A stretch of 63,125 bases of DNA, the filler included, from Stramenopiles sp. TOSAG23-3 (Eukaryota): the NCBI GenBank assembly GCA_900128585.1. It is 6 parts of 6 records of this genome, joined end to end, with 100 filler letters (N's around TTAATTAATTAA, not from the genome) between each part and the next. Parts side by side here need not be neighbours in the genome. Positions count along the whole stretch, not along the records: positions 27,253 to 54,372 come from LT642265.1; 5 more parts are not named here. One strand, 5' to 3'. The notes beneath the pieces are model-generated. The model was not told the DNA's origin. It worked only from the letters and a program-made list of their open reading frames with translations, and ran no database searches. Positions 33,272-41,673 of the stretch are shown here, piece after piece (within the stretch, counting starts at the first letter, position 1; each line of letters starts with the position of its first letter). A program made the translations under genes and the position numbers.

Positions 33272-33438
33272 TCGTTCTATCATCATTAACGCGAAGAAGA
33301 ACAGAGAAGCCAAGAAGAAGGTTTTCTTCTTCTCTTCTTTTTTTTTTAAATAAAATATAATAATAATATTTTAAAAAAAAATACAAAAAAATAAAAAAAA
33401 ATATAAAATAATAATAAAAATAATACGTTGTTCCGTTA

Positions 33439-33462
33439 CACGTAAGTTAATAATTTAAGTAC
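33439..33462 (+). repeat. Left terminal inverted repeat CACGTAAGTTAATAATTTAAGTAC
   Basis: Exact reverse complement of 41103-41126. Confidence 0.95.
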
Positions 33463-33603
33463 GCATTTTAAAATAGGGAAAAGTTGTATGTAATGAAGCC
33501 TCCACACCTCCAAGTTTGAATATGTCGTAGTTAAGTAGATCCTTTGAGATAGGGAAAACCAGTATTATCCCCCCCCTTTTTTTCGGAAATTTGAAAAATT
33601 AGA

Positions 33604-33863
33604 GAGGGGTCACTTTAAAAGTTATTTTGTCCCTCTTAGGGGGGATGAAGATACTGCTGTCCTCAATCCAGACTAATATCTATCCACNNNNNNNNNNNNN
33701 NNNNNNNNNNNNNNNNNNNNNNNNNNNNNNNNNNNNNNNNNNNNNNNNNNNNNNNNNNNNNNNNTTCCTCTTTTCAAGAAATACCAACGTAGTTGGTCAA
33801 CTGTTTCATTAGTTAATTCAAAAGTCACCCATAAAATTTCACCAAGCTGGATCTGTGCTGGCC
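33604..33863 (+). repeat. Left inner (subterminal) inverted repeat, about 260 bp including an N gap
   Basis: 33604-33687 matches the reverse complement of 40944-41027 (1 mismatch); 33765-33863 matches the reverse complement of 40772-40871 (1 indel). Confidence 0.95.
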
Positions 33864-35261
33864 ATGGCGTTGAAGAGCACGAAAACCACCGTTCCGGATA
33901 GGATCCGGAAAGGTTGGGAAAGCTATAAAGTCCAACAGGACAATTGGTGTTTTGGGTATCAGTATATTGAGGACAACAGAACAGGAGGTGTGTATGTACG
34001 ACATGAAGATCGCCAAAGCAATGTCTTCTTCTTTAAATCTGGCTGGCCAAAGCCATGGCAATTTTATATTTTGGAACGTTTTCCGTACATAATTCGTTTG
34101 GATAATGAGTACTCCTTGCAATTAGCAAGAGAGTACTATCACCTCGCCGTGAAAAACCGCAGTAAAGAACAGAAAATATTGGATATAAGTAATATCCAAG
34201 ATCATCTTAATGAAAAACATGCAGCACTTGCTAACGATTTAGCATCTAAAAGAACAGAGTTAAAGGAGTGTGATAGGAAGATAGAAGCGTTGAGAGCTGC
34301 AAGGGAAAGTGCTGAGTTGGAAGGCACGAAGAGCCGAGAATTAATCGACTTGTTAAGGAAAGAAAACACGGAGCTTAAAAGCAGCAAACAAATAATCGAC
34401 TTGTTAAGGAAAGAAAACACGGAGCTTAAAAGCAGCGTAGCGCATTTTAAGAGATGCCATGTCGATGCAAAAGATCAAATATCTTTGCTACAAGCTTCTC
34501 TGAATTCAATGCGTAAAGTTCCAGAGTTGCTAGCAAGAATTTTTGAGCAACTAGAGCTCCTTCCCACACTGAGGATGGACATGGCGAAGCTTCAGCAGAA
34601 AGTACTGCATCAAGAGGTACAAACAAAAGCAAAAGGGGAAATCAATCTAACAATGTTGGCAAGGCGAATTCTGCAGGAGGAACTTGTTGGAATGATTGAA
34701 AGTGTTACGCGGGCACATAAGCCAGGAGACCCCGGCTTGAAAAATCGGCAAATTAACTCAAACAAATTCTCGGAAGCACTTGGAGAGCATCTGCTCACAA
34801 CTCTACCGGACGGTGCGTATACGCTTATGGAGTTAGTTCGATTGATTGAGAATAAAACAGGTGACTCATTCTTATGGAAACTGAAGGCTGCAGGCACGCA
34901 TGTCAAAACCACGCAAAAGACGCAGCAAGGTGTAGGAAAGGAATCCTCCAGTAGTTCCACCCGCACGCTTCGTGGCTTTAAACTTGAGAAAATCGTTGAA
35001 CACCTGAACACGTTTGGTGCAAATATTACTGAGTATAGTGGTGAAGACAAACCGACGCTAGTTTATACGTTAGGGGAAACCCTAATAAAAAATAAGCATC
35101 CATTAGTTTTAGAAGCTTGGCAACTGCAGGAACCCATCGTATTAACATGGATTATTGAGAAGAATTCAATGTATCGACTTCACGGAGAATTCACTATGGA
35201 CTATTACAGACGTGCCAATGCCACGCTCCACAAAGATAGTCTTTCATGGAACAGAAGATAA
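33864..35261 (+). CDS. Transposon accessory protein of unknown family (aromatic-rich N-terminal domain, central coiled coil, C-terminal globular domain)
   Basis: Uninterrupted ORF whose ATG directly follows the left inner IR; internal exact 44-bp duplication at 51-bp period (34342 and 34393, IDLLRKENTELKSS twice). Confidence 0.75.
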   Translation: MALKSTKTTVPDRIRKGWESYKVQQDNWCFGYQYIEDNRTGGVYVRHEDRQSNVFFFKSGWPKPWQFYILERFPYIIRLDNEYSLQLAREYYHLAVKNRSKEQKILDISNIQDHLNEKHAALANDLASKRTELKECDRKIEALRAARESAELEGTKSRELIDLLRKENTELKSSKQIIDLLRKENTELKSSVAHFKRCHVDAKDQISLLQASLNSMRKVPELLARIFEQLELLPTLRMDMAKLQQKVLHQEVQTKAKGEINLTMLARRILQEELVGMIESVTRAHKPGDPGLKNRQINSNKFSEALGEHLLTTLPDGAYTLMELVRLIENKTGDSFLWKLKAAGTHVKTTQKTQQGVGKESSSSSTRTLRGFKLEKIVEHLNTFGANITEYSGEDKPTLVYTLGETLIKNKHPLVLEAWQLQEPIVLTWIIEKNSMYRLHGEFTMDYYRRANATLHKDSLSWNRR

Positions 35262-35841
35262 GTATCCTCTTCAAGCCCCACGTCTTCTAGCGAGCTCCCT
35301 TGCGATCGTGGCCACCTCGCCTAGGACCACCCTTGCTCGAGAGCATCGACGACCTCGACCACACAATTGTGTTGACCTCCCTGGCTCCGGGTTGATCTCT
35401 GGGATCATGGGGAACGGCATGGAGGATAAGGTGGTGCTCCGGGAGGGGTGGCGGCTTATTATAATTCTTAGACTTAATTAAATTTAATTTTAAATCTACT
35501 AATTTTACGGTCAATCATTATTAAGGAACTGCAAAATCACTATGGAACATCGTATAGCACCGAATCGACGAAAAAAGGGGGGTGTTTTGGGCATGGAAAA
35601 CGCGTTTTCCATTGTAAACAGTTTTAAGCAAGGTTGGGCTGAAGTAATAACCTAACCCCCAACGCCATGCAACAGTACATAACACAACGGGAAAATCAAA
35701 AATTTTGATGACTAAAATTTGGATTAGTACACTAAATAGTGTAATGTTACTTTAAACCTGAATAGCCTTAATGAAACAAAAATATACAACATTATCAGTA
35801 TAATCCTTAACATATAAAAAATGTTTCTATTATTATTATTA

Positions 35842-38800
35842 TTATACAATATCCTCTCTGCTTAAAGAAGCTGTTACCATAGCACATGGGTTCCGCAGTG
35901 CCATTTCGAACCCTTTGCGTTTCAATTGTTTTGTGAGATTTTTATTTTCAACCTCATTCCGCACATTGACAGCAACTAAGTGTTCCGCACACTTCTTTGA
36001 CCACGACATGATACTTTCTATTTCACCTATCCTACACACTGGACAATTTTTAAATGTGTCGTATTGTCCACAACCACATCCATCCTCGTGATTCCATTGT
36101 GTATCATACAAATGGGGGGTCTCCAGTGGATCAAAAAAGTGTGACACTTTGAATCGTTTATGTTCCCTCTCATCTCGCACTGCGTTTTTTGTATTTGTAA
36201 TCCTCTTCACGGTCTTTATTGTGTCGCCAACCTTCACACCCTCTCCATTTTGTGGACGTTCGAAAACAAAGTCCTCCTCAACAGATTTTATTTCTCCGTC
36301 AGCATATTGTATTTCGTAGTTTTCAGCGTCTATACTCAATACTGTCGCCTCAACCTTCTGTGCTTTCCTTACAGCCTTCGCTGCAGGTGTTCGTGTGTCT
36401 TTTCTCTTCTCTCTGTACACATCTCGTAGCCAATTACGTATGACCACAGTTTTTGTCCAGCTATCACGATTTAATCTCTTTGCTGCCTCAATACCCAGAG
36501 GCATCGATTTTTCATTTTCAATAGTGCCATGCTTTGCTTCATTGCCTTCTGTCAAGCCTAGTGCGCCTGGCGAGAATCCAAACTTTGCGCAATCATCGTA
36601 CAGTTCTGGAGCACAGCACGTCATTATAACATCATACACGCGATTTACCCGAGGAAAAAGAAAAGATTGGACGTATTCTTGCTGTTTTGCAGTAACCCAG
36701 AACTGTTTTGCAAGCCTATCTACATCCTCTCTGGTATACACGCCAATGCTCATTTCCAACACAAGTTTTTTTATGCAGAATAAATAAGAAGCGATTGCAC
36801 TTACTGCTAAGATATACTCCTTTTTTACCTTCCTTGGGACACGTTTATTTTCTTTCAATGAATCAAACATAATATTGACAAGTTTCCACGGGTATTTTAA
36901 CAGTAGATTTGCCTGCCTTCCTATCAGCCGAAGTGAGTACTGCGACTGCTTGGCAATTGCATCAAGGAATTTTGAGGCCATACTTCCGTGATCTGCCACA
37001 GCACTTTTTGCTGCATTTGACAACATGTTATTTTTTGTATCTACCACGAAATTTAGGAGTTCGTATCTGAACACCGGTTCTTCCTCTACTGCCTTCAGGT
37101 ACGCAGTTAGTGACGGCCCTAGATATGCACACATGTTTGATTTGGACACAATCTGATGTCCATTAACAGCGTCGTATAGTTCCATCACTATTGCACCAAG
37201 ACATAAAACATCCTTTATCTTTATTGTCTTGTAGTGTAGTGCACAGTACGCCATTATATCAAACATAAAACTGCCATGTATAGGACGTTTATATTGAGCA
37301 TGACCACGTTTTCTACTGTAATCTTTTGCCTTTTTGAGCCAGGCATCACGATCTTCTTCATTTGTTAACTCTGAAAACTTTCCAAGCTCTCGTTCAACGT
37401 CTTCAAATAATTTCATTCTATTCGTGGCACTCGTTATTTGGATAGGACGGTCGCCCTCCTCTTTCCAAACAGCCAAAGGGTCCTTGTTAAAAGTCCAGTT
37501 ACGCATAAATGTGTCACGCACCTCTTTATAACCTAATGAGTCTACCGTGTCAGACAGATTGGAACCAACACTACGGCCATAAACATCACCATACGGACCA
37601 CAGGTTTTTGCATTTAGACCAATGGCGCTCGCAATTGGCCAATATGAGCTAACGGCGCCCCAACCACTTGCCTTTATAGCAGCGCTATAATCATTAGCAC
37701 TGACAAATACAAATTTCTTGACTTCTATCGTTAAATATTGACCTTTAATTATGAGCGGCTTATTGTCTGACACCGCATTTTGTAAATCTGTGAACATCTT
37801 TCCGAGACGTTCTCCCATTGTATATGTTTCGCAATCCCCCTCTGCACTCCGAGTCAGTGCTAACAAATTTGTGTCTTTCACTGAAACGCTACATTCATTG
37901 GCAAATCGAAATGTGAATGAGGTTTTATTTGGCCGTTTACTTCTTTTGCCCTTTTTGAAAGGGGCTGTATCTACATTTACACAGACAAAAACTTCACCAT
38001 CTTCAAGACGGAAGCGTGATGCCCGGTCGGGATGGTCCGTTATCATTTCCAATCTATAAACAAATGCTGGAAGGACAGCTAAATAAAAGTGATCGCACAA
38101 TATATCCGCATCTTGAAAACCTTGTGGTAAATTTGCCTTCCGAATCAGCCGCTTCATTGTCTGGCCGTCTGTAGCTGGGGTTATCTCTTTGATAGGTATC
38201 TCAATAATTGTGCCATCACTAAAATTAAGTGTGAAACAACGATCTCTGTAGCGCGTCTTTTTCAATGCCTTTCTGTCTCTTGCTAATAAATGTGCAGTCT
38301 TTGCACTGACGTTGTTAGCTAATCGCGACAATAGTTCTTTCTCTAAATCTGCTTCCGTGCTATGGGATAGTTGTTTTGCCAGTAGAAGCCGCAATTCTAC
38401 AACAAATTTTTCCTTTGTCTCATTTTTTAACTTTTCCATATCTGCTGATAAACGGAATGTGCGGGGGTTGGCTGCTGGACCTTCTCCAAGGCTGTCTTCA
38501 ACATGCTGTGTTGTTTTTCCTTCTAAAAAGGGCCGTACATTCGCTAAGGTACACCCTTTTGATTCGGCGTCTTTGGCGTAAGTGTGGTTAATTAACACTG
38601 ACCTGGAATAAATTAGACCACAATTGGAGCATTCAAAGCATTTGTATGTTCTTCTACGCGGATTTTCTTTCATTTCTCTTCGCCAATCTTCTATTCCGGA
38701 CAAATACTCGTCTTGTACAAAAGTCTCAGTGAAGTAATGATCGGCATCTCTTAATTTTCTATCGGACACGATGGATGGGCCATCCTTTGGAACTGCATAA

Positions 38801-40656
38801 TTCATGGGCCAGGAACGAAATCGATCTTTTATAGCTTTCTGAACTAGATTATCAGCATCTTCATCAGTTTTATTTCCTAAGTAAACCGATGTAAATTCTT
38901 CACCTGGAAGGCCTGGGCATGGATAAGGTATTGCTCGACGCACGGCTTCAAAGACAGCACGGTTAGTTTCACGCATAGAGGAGAAAAATTTAAAATAAGC
39001 ATTGACTTCCTTTCCTTGAATGCTTCCAAGTGCGGTAAACGGCTTAGCAGGCTTGGCAAAACTTAAAATGGTGTTACGAGCAAAAAACTCTATTCCCCCT
39101 TTCACAGAAACATCGGGCAACAATAGTTTTCTTGCAAATATAAACCCCGTCAACGTCGTTTCTCCTGCCTTTATTTTGAATTTGTCTGCCGTCCCAAATG
39201 CCATTTCGCCAGCACTCTCGTTGCTCTTGTTCAGGTAAGAGAGAAAAAACGTTTCGTCAAACTCTCCACTACCCCTGTTAGCAAGGAAGACAATCGATAC
39301 ATTTGATGATTTGTATTGTGAAAGTGAACACAAAAGAGAAGCCATATCTGGCCCTTCCCAGCCTTCACAGAACATAACTCCGATTCTTCCGTTGTTTTTC
39401 ACAAAGTCGTCTTTATTAAAACCGCAATCTCTTGTCAAAAATGATTTGAAGCTACAACGTGAAAAAGCATATTTATCATCACCGTTTTTACTGCCCTTTT
39501 TTCTTTTTGGAGCCCATCCTTTGCCAAACTTCACTGAAAAACTGTTATCCTGCACTTTCGTCGCATGATAAAGTGAAAACTGGATATCAATATCTTCAAT
39601 AGCACGAAGAAGTGAAGTAACCATTGGAACGTGCACAGCTATCTTTTTTCCATGTTCATCGTTGAAGACAACTTCCTTCATGAACATGCCAGACATTGTT
39701 TTGTATTCATAACCAAGAGCAGCAGAATTAAACAGAACCCGTATTATTTTTAGAAAGCAACTTGTACCGTGGCCATGGTCGTCGAAAATCCGATTATTAC
39801 CCAGCTTCAATCGTGTTATGTGCGCCTTGTTCTTTTTTAGGAGAAGTAACATTGCTATCGTTGACAACCCTCGGATAGCACCATTTATGCCTGGCGAACC
39901 TGGCAGCCCAGGCTCCCCGTTTGCTTTATGCTTCTCCCACGCACTGAGCCATGACGTTACCATGGAGCAAATTGCTTTGTAAGCCTGTTTCATTGCACTC
40001 ATCATCAGAGAGCGTTCGTCTTCCCACATCTTCTTGTTTTCTGAAACAGTCTCTGCCTGCCGTCTTCTCTTTGCATCCCCAGTGCGTACTTCTGTTGCCT
40101 TTCGCTTTGCATTTCGCTTTGCATTTCGCGTTGCATTTTTCTTATTTTGTTCTCTAGTTATTGCTCTCTTTTTCCTGGCTATGAAATCGATGACCTTATA
40201 CGTGTCTATTCCCGATTCATCTGTTTTTTTCTTCGCACTCTTAACGTTTCCATAAAGCTTGCTTCTCCCCATCCTTTGTAGTCTTTTTTTCAACGTCGCC
40301 TCTTTCATTGAGGCATAAAGTTCCTCGTTGCCGTGTGCTTTAAGAAACCCCTTGCAATCAATTTTTGTTCCATTCACGAATGGTTTTATCTTTTCAGTGA
40401 CATCAATTTCAAATCGTTTATTTTTGATTTTTGATAGTGATGTTGGGAGCATACGGTTTGCTATATTTCGCACGGATTGAACAGAATAATGTATCCCTTC
40501 CTCCTCTTTGAGACGACGTACGAGCCCACGATCAACAATGTACTTGTTCTCAATAACGAATTTAATTACCTTATCAACATTTCGGAGATATTCTTTCTGT
40601 TTGGGCGTTCTTTTTGGAACATCACAGGATACCTGCCTCTGCAGCGGGGAGGACAT
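35842..40656 (-). CDS. 1604-aa DDE transposase with a RAG1/Transib-like core
   Basis: Colinear motifs resembling the RAG1 core: VCVNVD896, AEGDCET (RAG1 DESDHET), FVFVSAND989, CALH1141 (DALH), LRLIGRQANLL (MRMNGNFARKL), PEL...GALGLTEGNE1373 (PEI...GAWASEGNE). Lies between TIRs. Confidence 0.78.
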   Translation of the reverse strand: MSSPLQRQVSCDVPKRTPKQKEYLRNVDKVIKFVIENKYIVDRGLVRRLKEEEGIHYSVQSVRNIANRMLPTSLSKIKNKRFEIDVTEKIKPFVNGTKIDCKGFLKAHGNEELYASMKEATLKKRLQRMGRSKLYGNVKSAKKKTDESGIDTYKVIDFIARKKRAITREQNKKNATRNAKRNAKRKATEVRTGDAKRRRQAETVSENKKMWEDERSLMMSAMKQAYKAICSMVTSWLSAWEKHKANGEPGLPGSPGINGAIRGLSTIAMLLLLKKNKAHITRLKLGNNRIFDDHGHGTSCFLKIIRVLFNSAALGYEYKTMSGMFMKEVVFNDEHGKKIAVHVPMVTSLLRAIEDIDIQFSLYHATKVQDNSFSVKFGKGWAPKRKKGSKNGDDKYAFSRCSFKSFLTRDCGFNKDDFVKNNGRIGVMFCEGWEGPDMASLLCSLSQYKSSNVSIVFLANRGSGEFDETFFLSYLNKSNESAGEMAFGTADKFKIKAGETTLTGFIFARKLLLPDVSVKGGIEFFARNTILSFAKPAKPFTALGSIQGKEVNAYFKFFSSMRETNRAVFEAVRRAIPYPCPGLPGEEFTSVYLGNKTDEDADNLVQKAIKDRFRSWPMNYAVPKDGPSIVSDRKLRDADHYFTETFVQDEYLSGIEDWRREMKENPRRRTYKCFECSNCGLIYSRSVLINHTYAKDAESKGCTLANVRPFLEGKTTQHVEDSLGEGPAANPRTFRLSADMEKLKNETKEKFVVELRLLLAKQLSHSTEADLEKELLSRLANNVSAKTAHLLARDRKALKKTRYRDRCFTLNFSDGTIIEIPIKEITPATDGQTMKRLIRKANLPQGFQDADILCDHFYLAVLPAFVYRLEMITDHPDRASRFRLEDGEVFVCVNVDTAPFKKGKRSKRPNKTSFTFRFANECSVSVKDTNLLALTRSAEGDCETYTMGERLGKMFTDLQNAVSDNKPLIIKGQYLTIEVKKFVFVSANDYSAAIKASGWGAVSSYWPIASAIGLNAKTCGPYGDVYGRSVGSNLSDTVDSLGYKEVRDTFMRNWTFNKDPLAVWKEEGDRPIQITSATNRMKLFEDVERELGKFSELTNEEDRDAWLKKAKDYSRKRGHAQYKRPIHGSFMFDIMAYCALHYKTIKIKDVLCLGAIVMELYDAVNGHQIVSKSNMCAYLGPSLTAYLKAVEEEPVFRYELLNFVVDTKNNMLSNAAKSAVADHGSMASKFLDAIAKQSQYSLRLIGRQANLLLKYPWKLVNIMFDSLKENKRVPRKVKKEYILAVSAIASYLFCIKKLVLEMSIGVYTREDVDRLAKQFWVTAKQQEYVQSFLFPRVNRVYDVIMTCCAPELYDDCAKFGFSPGALGLTEGNEAKHGTIENEKSMPLGIEAAKRLNRDSWTKTVVIRNWLRDVYREKRKDTRTPAAKAVRKAQKVEATVLSIDAENYEIQYADGEIKSVEEDFVFERPQNGEGVKVGDTIKTVKRITNTKNAVRDEREHKRFKVSHFFDPLETPHLYDTQWNHEDGCGCGQYDTFKNCPVCRIGEIESIMSWSKKCAEHLVAVNVRNEVENKNLTKQLKRKGFEMALRNPCAMVTASLSREDIV

Positions 40657-40771
40657 TTACAACAAAGTTTATACGCACATCGGCTACGAACCTTACTCTA
40701 TTCAAGGACCTCCAATGAACACAAAGAAACGCTAACGAGGGTTGGCTGACTCGGTTCAACTGTGTGGATCA

Positions 40772-41027
40772 GGCCAGCACAGATCCAGCTTCGGTGAAAT
40801 TTTATGGGTGACTTTTGAATTAACTAATGAAACAGTTGACCAACTACGTTGGTATTTCTTGAAAAGAGGAANNNNNNNNNNNNNNNNNNNNNNNNNNNNN
40901 NNNNNNNNNNNNNNNNNNNNNNNNNNNNNNNNNNNNNNNNNNNGTGGATAGATATTAGTCTGGATTGAGGACAGCAGTATCTTCATCCCCCCTAAGAGGG
41001 ACAAAATAACTTTTAAAGTGACTCCTC
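40772..41027 (-). repeat. Right inner (subterminal) inverted repeat
   Basis: Reverse complement of 33604-33863, with an N gap at the equivalent position. Confidence 0.95.
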
Positions 41028-41102
41028 CTTCCTCAGGACTTCCCGCCATTCGAAGTGGGGGGGAGGAGCAAAAGTATACAGAGTTTCCTATGTAAAATAT
41101 TT

Positions 41103-41126
41103 GTACTTAAATTATTAACTTACGTG
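41103..41126 (-). repeat. Right terminal inverted repeat
   Basis: GTACTTAAATTATTAACTTACGTG, followed by TTA. Confidence 0.95.
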
Positions 41127-41673
41127 TTATAGTCAAAGTTAGGCGTGATGCGGCGGGGGTTGGCGCACGGTTCTCATTAATAATAATAAAAAATATAATT
41201 TCAATCATCAAAATTATAGTTATTATTATACAATTACAATTATTGTAGTCTAATAATATTTAGTATATTATTATCATACATAGCACAGCATTGGATGGAG
41301 GTGCCCCACACAAAAAAAAAAAACTGCTGAGAAAATGAGAAAATGAGAAACATCAACTCGCCACCCTATACACAAATACTAAACTTATAATAATAGCAGA
41401 GCAACTAAAAAAAAAAGGATTTTATTATATTATTATTTTAAAACAACAACAACAACGGCGGCCCGGCCCCGCCCCGTCTTCCACCACCTACCACAACACG
41501 ACGACGCATTTAAGTCTTCGATTTCACCACACGTGGTGCGTCGATTCGAGAACATTATAATTTAAATGTATAATGATGTTAAAGTAGCATGTAAATATCC
41601 AAGCAAGAAACACACCCAATCGTTTTTCCAACCCCAATCGAAAACAACACGTGAAATCAGAGTCTTCACCACG

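Larger units (their letters stand above)
33439..41126. mobile_element. Cut-and-paste DNA transposon (RAG1/Transib/CMC-related DDE) with two convergent genes
   Basis: Perfect 24-bp TIRs, flanking TTA duplication (33436-33438 and 41127-41129), long inner inverted repeats, DDE transposase ORF; ORFs more AT-rich than host genes. Confidence 0.88.

Noticed and set aside
33864-35261. Calling the partner ORF RAG2-like or a Harbinger Myb/SANT protein
   Set aside because: No kelch, PHD or Myb motifs are visible. The termini are CAC rather than Harbinger-like, and the transposase motifs are not Harbinger-type.
33434-41131. 5-bp TSD as in Transib or ProtoRAG
   Set aside because: The flanks are CGTTA and TTATA, so only the 3-bp TTA is duplicated.
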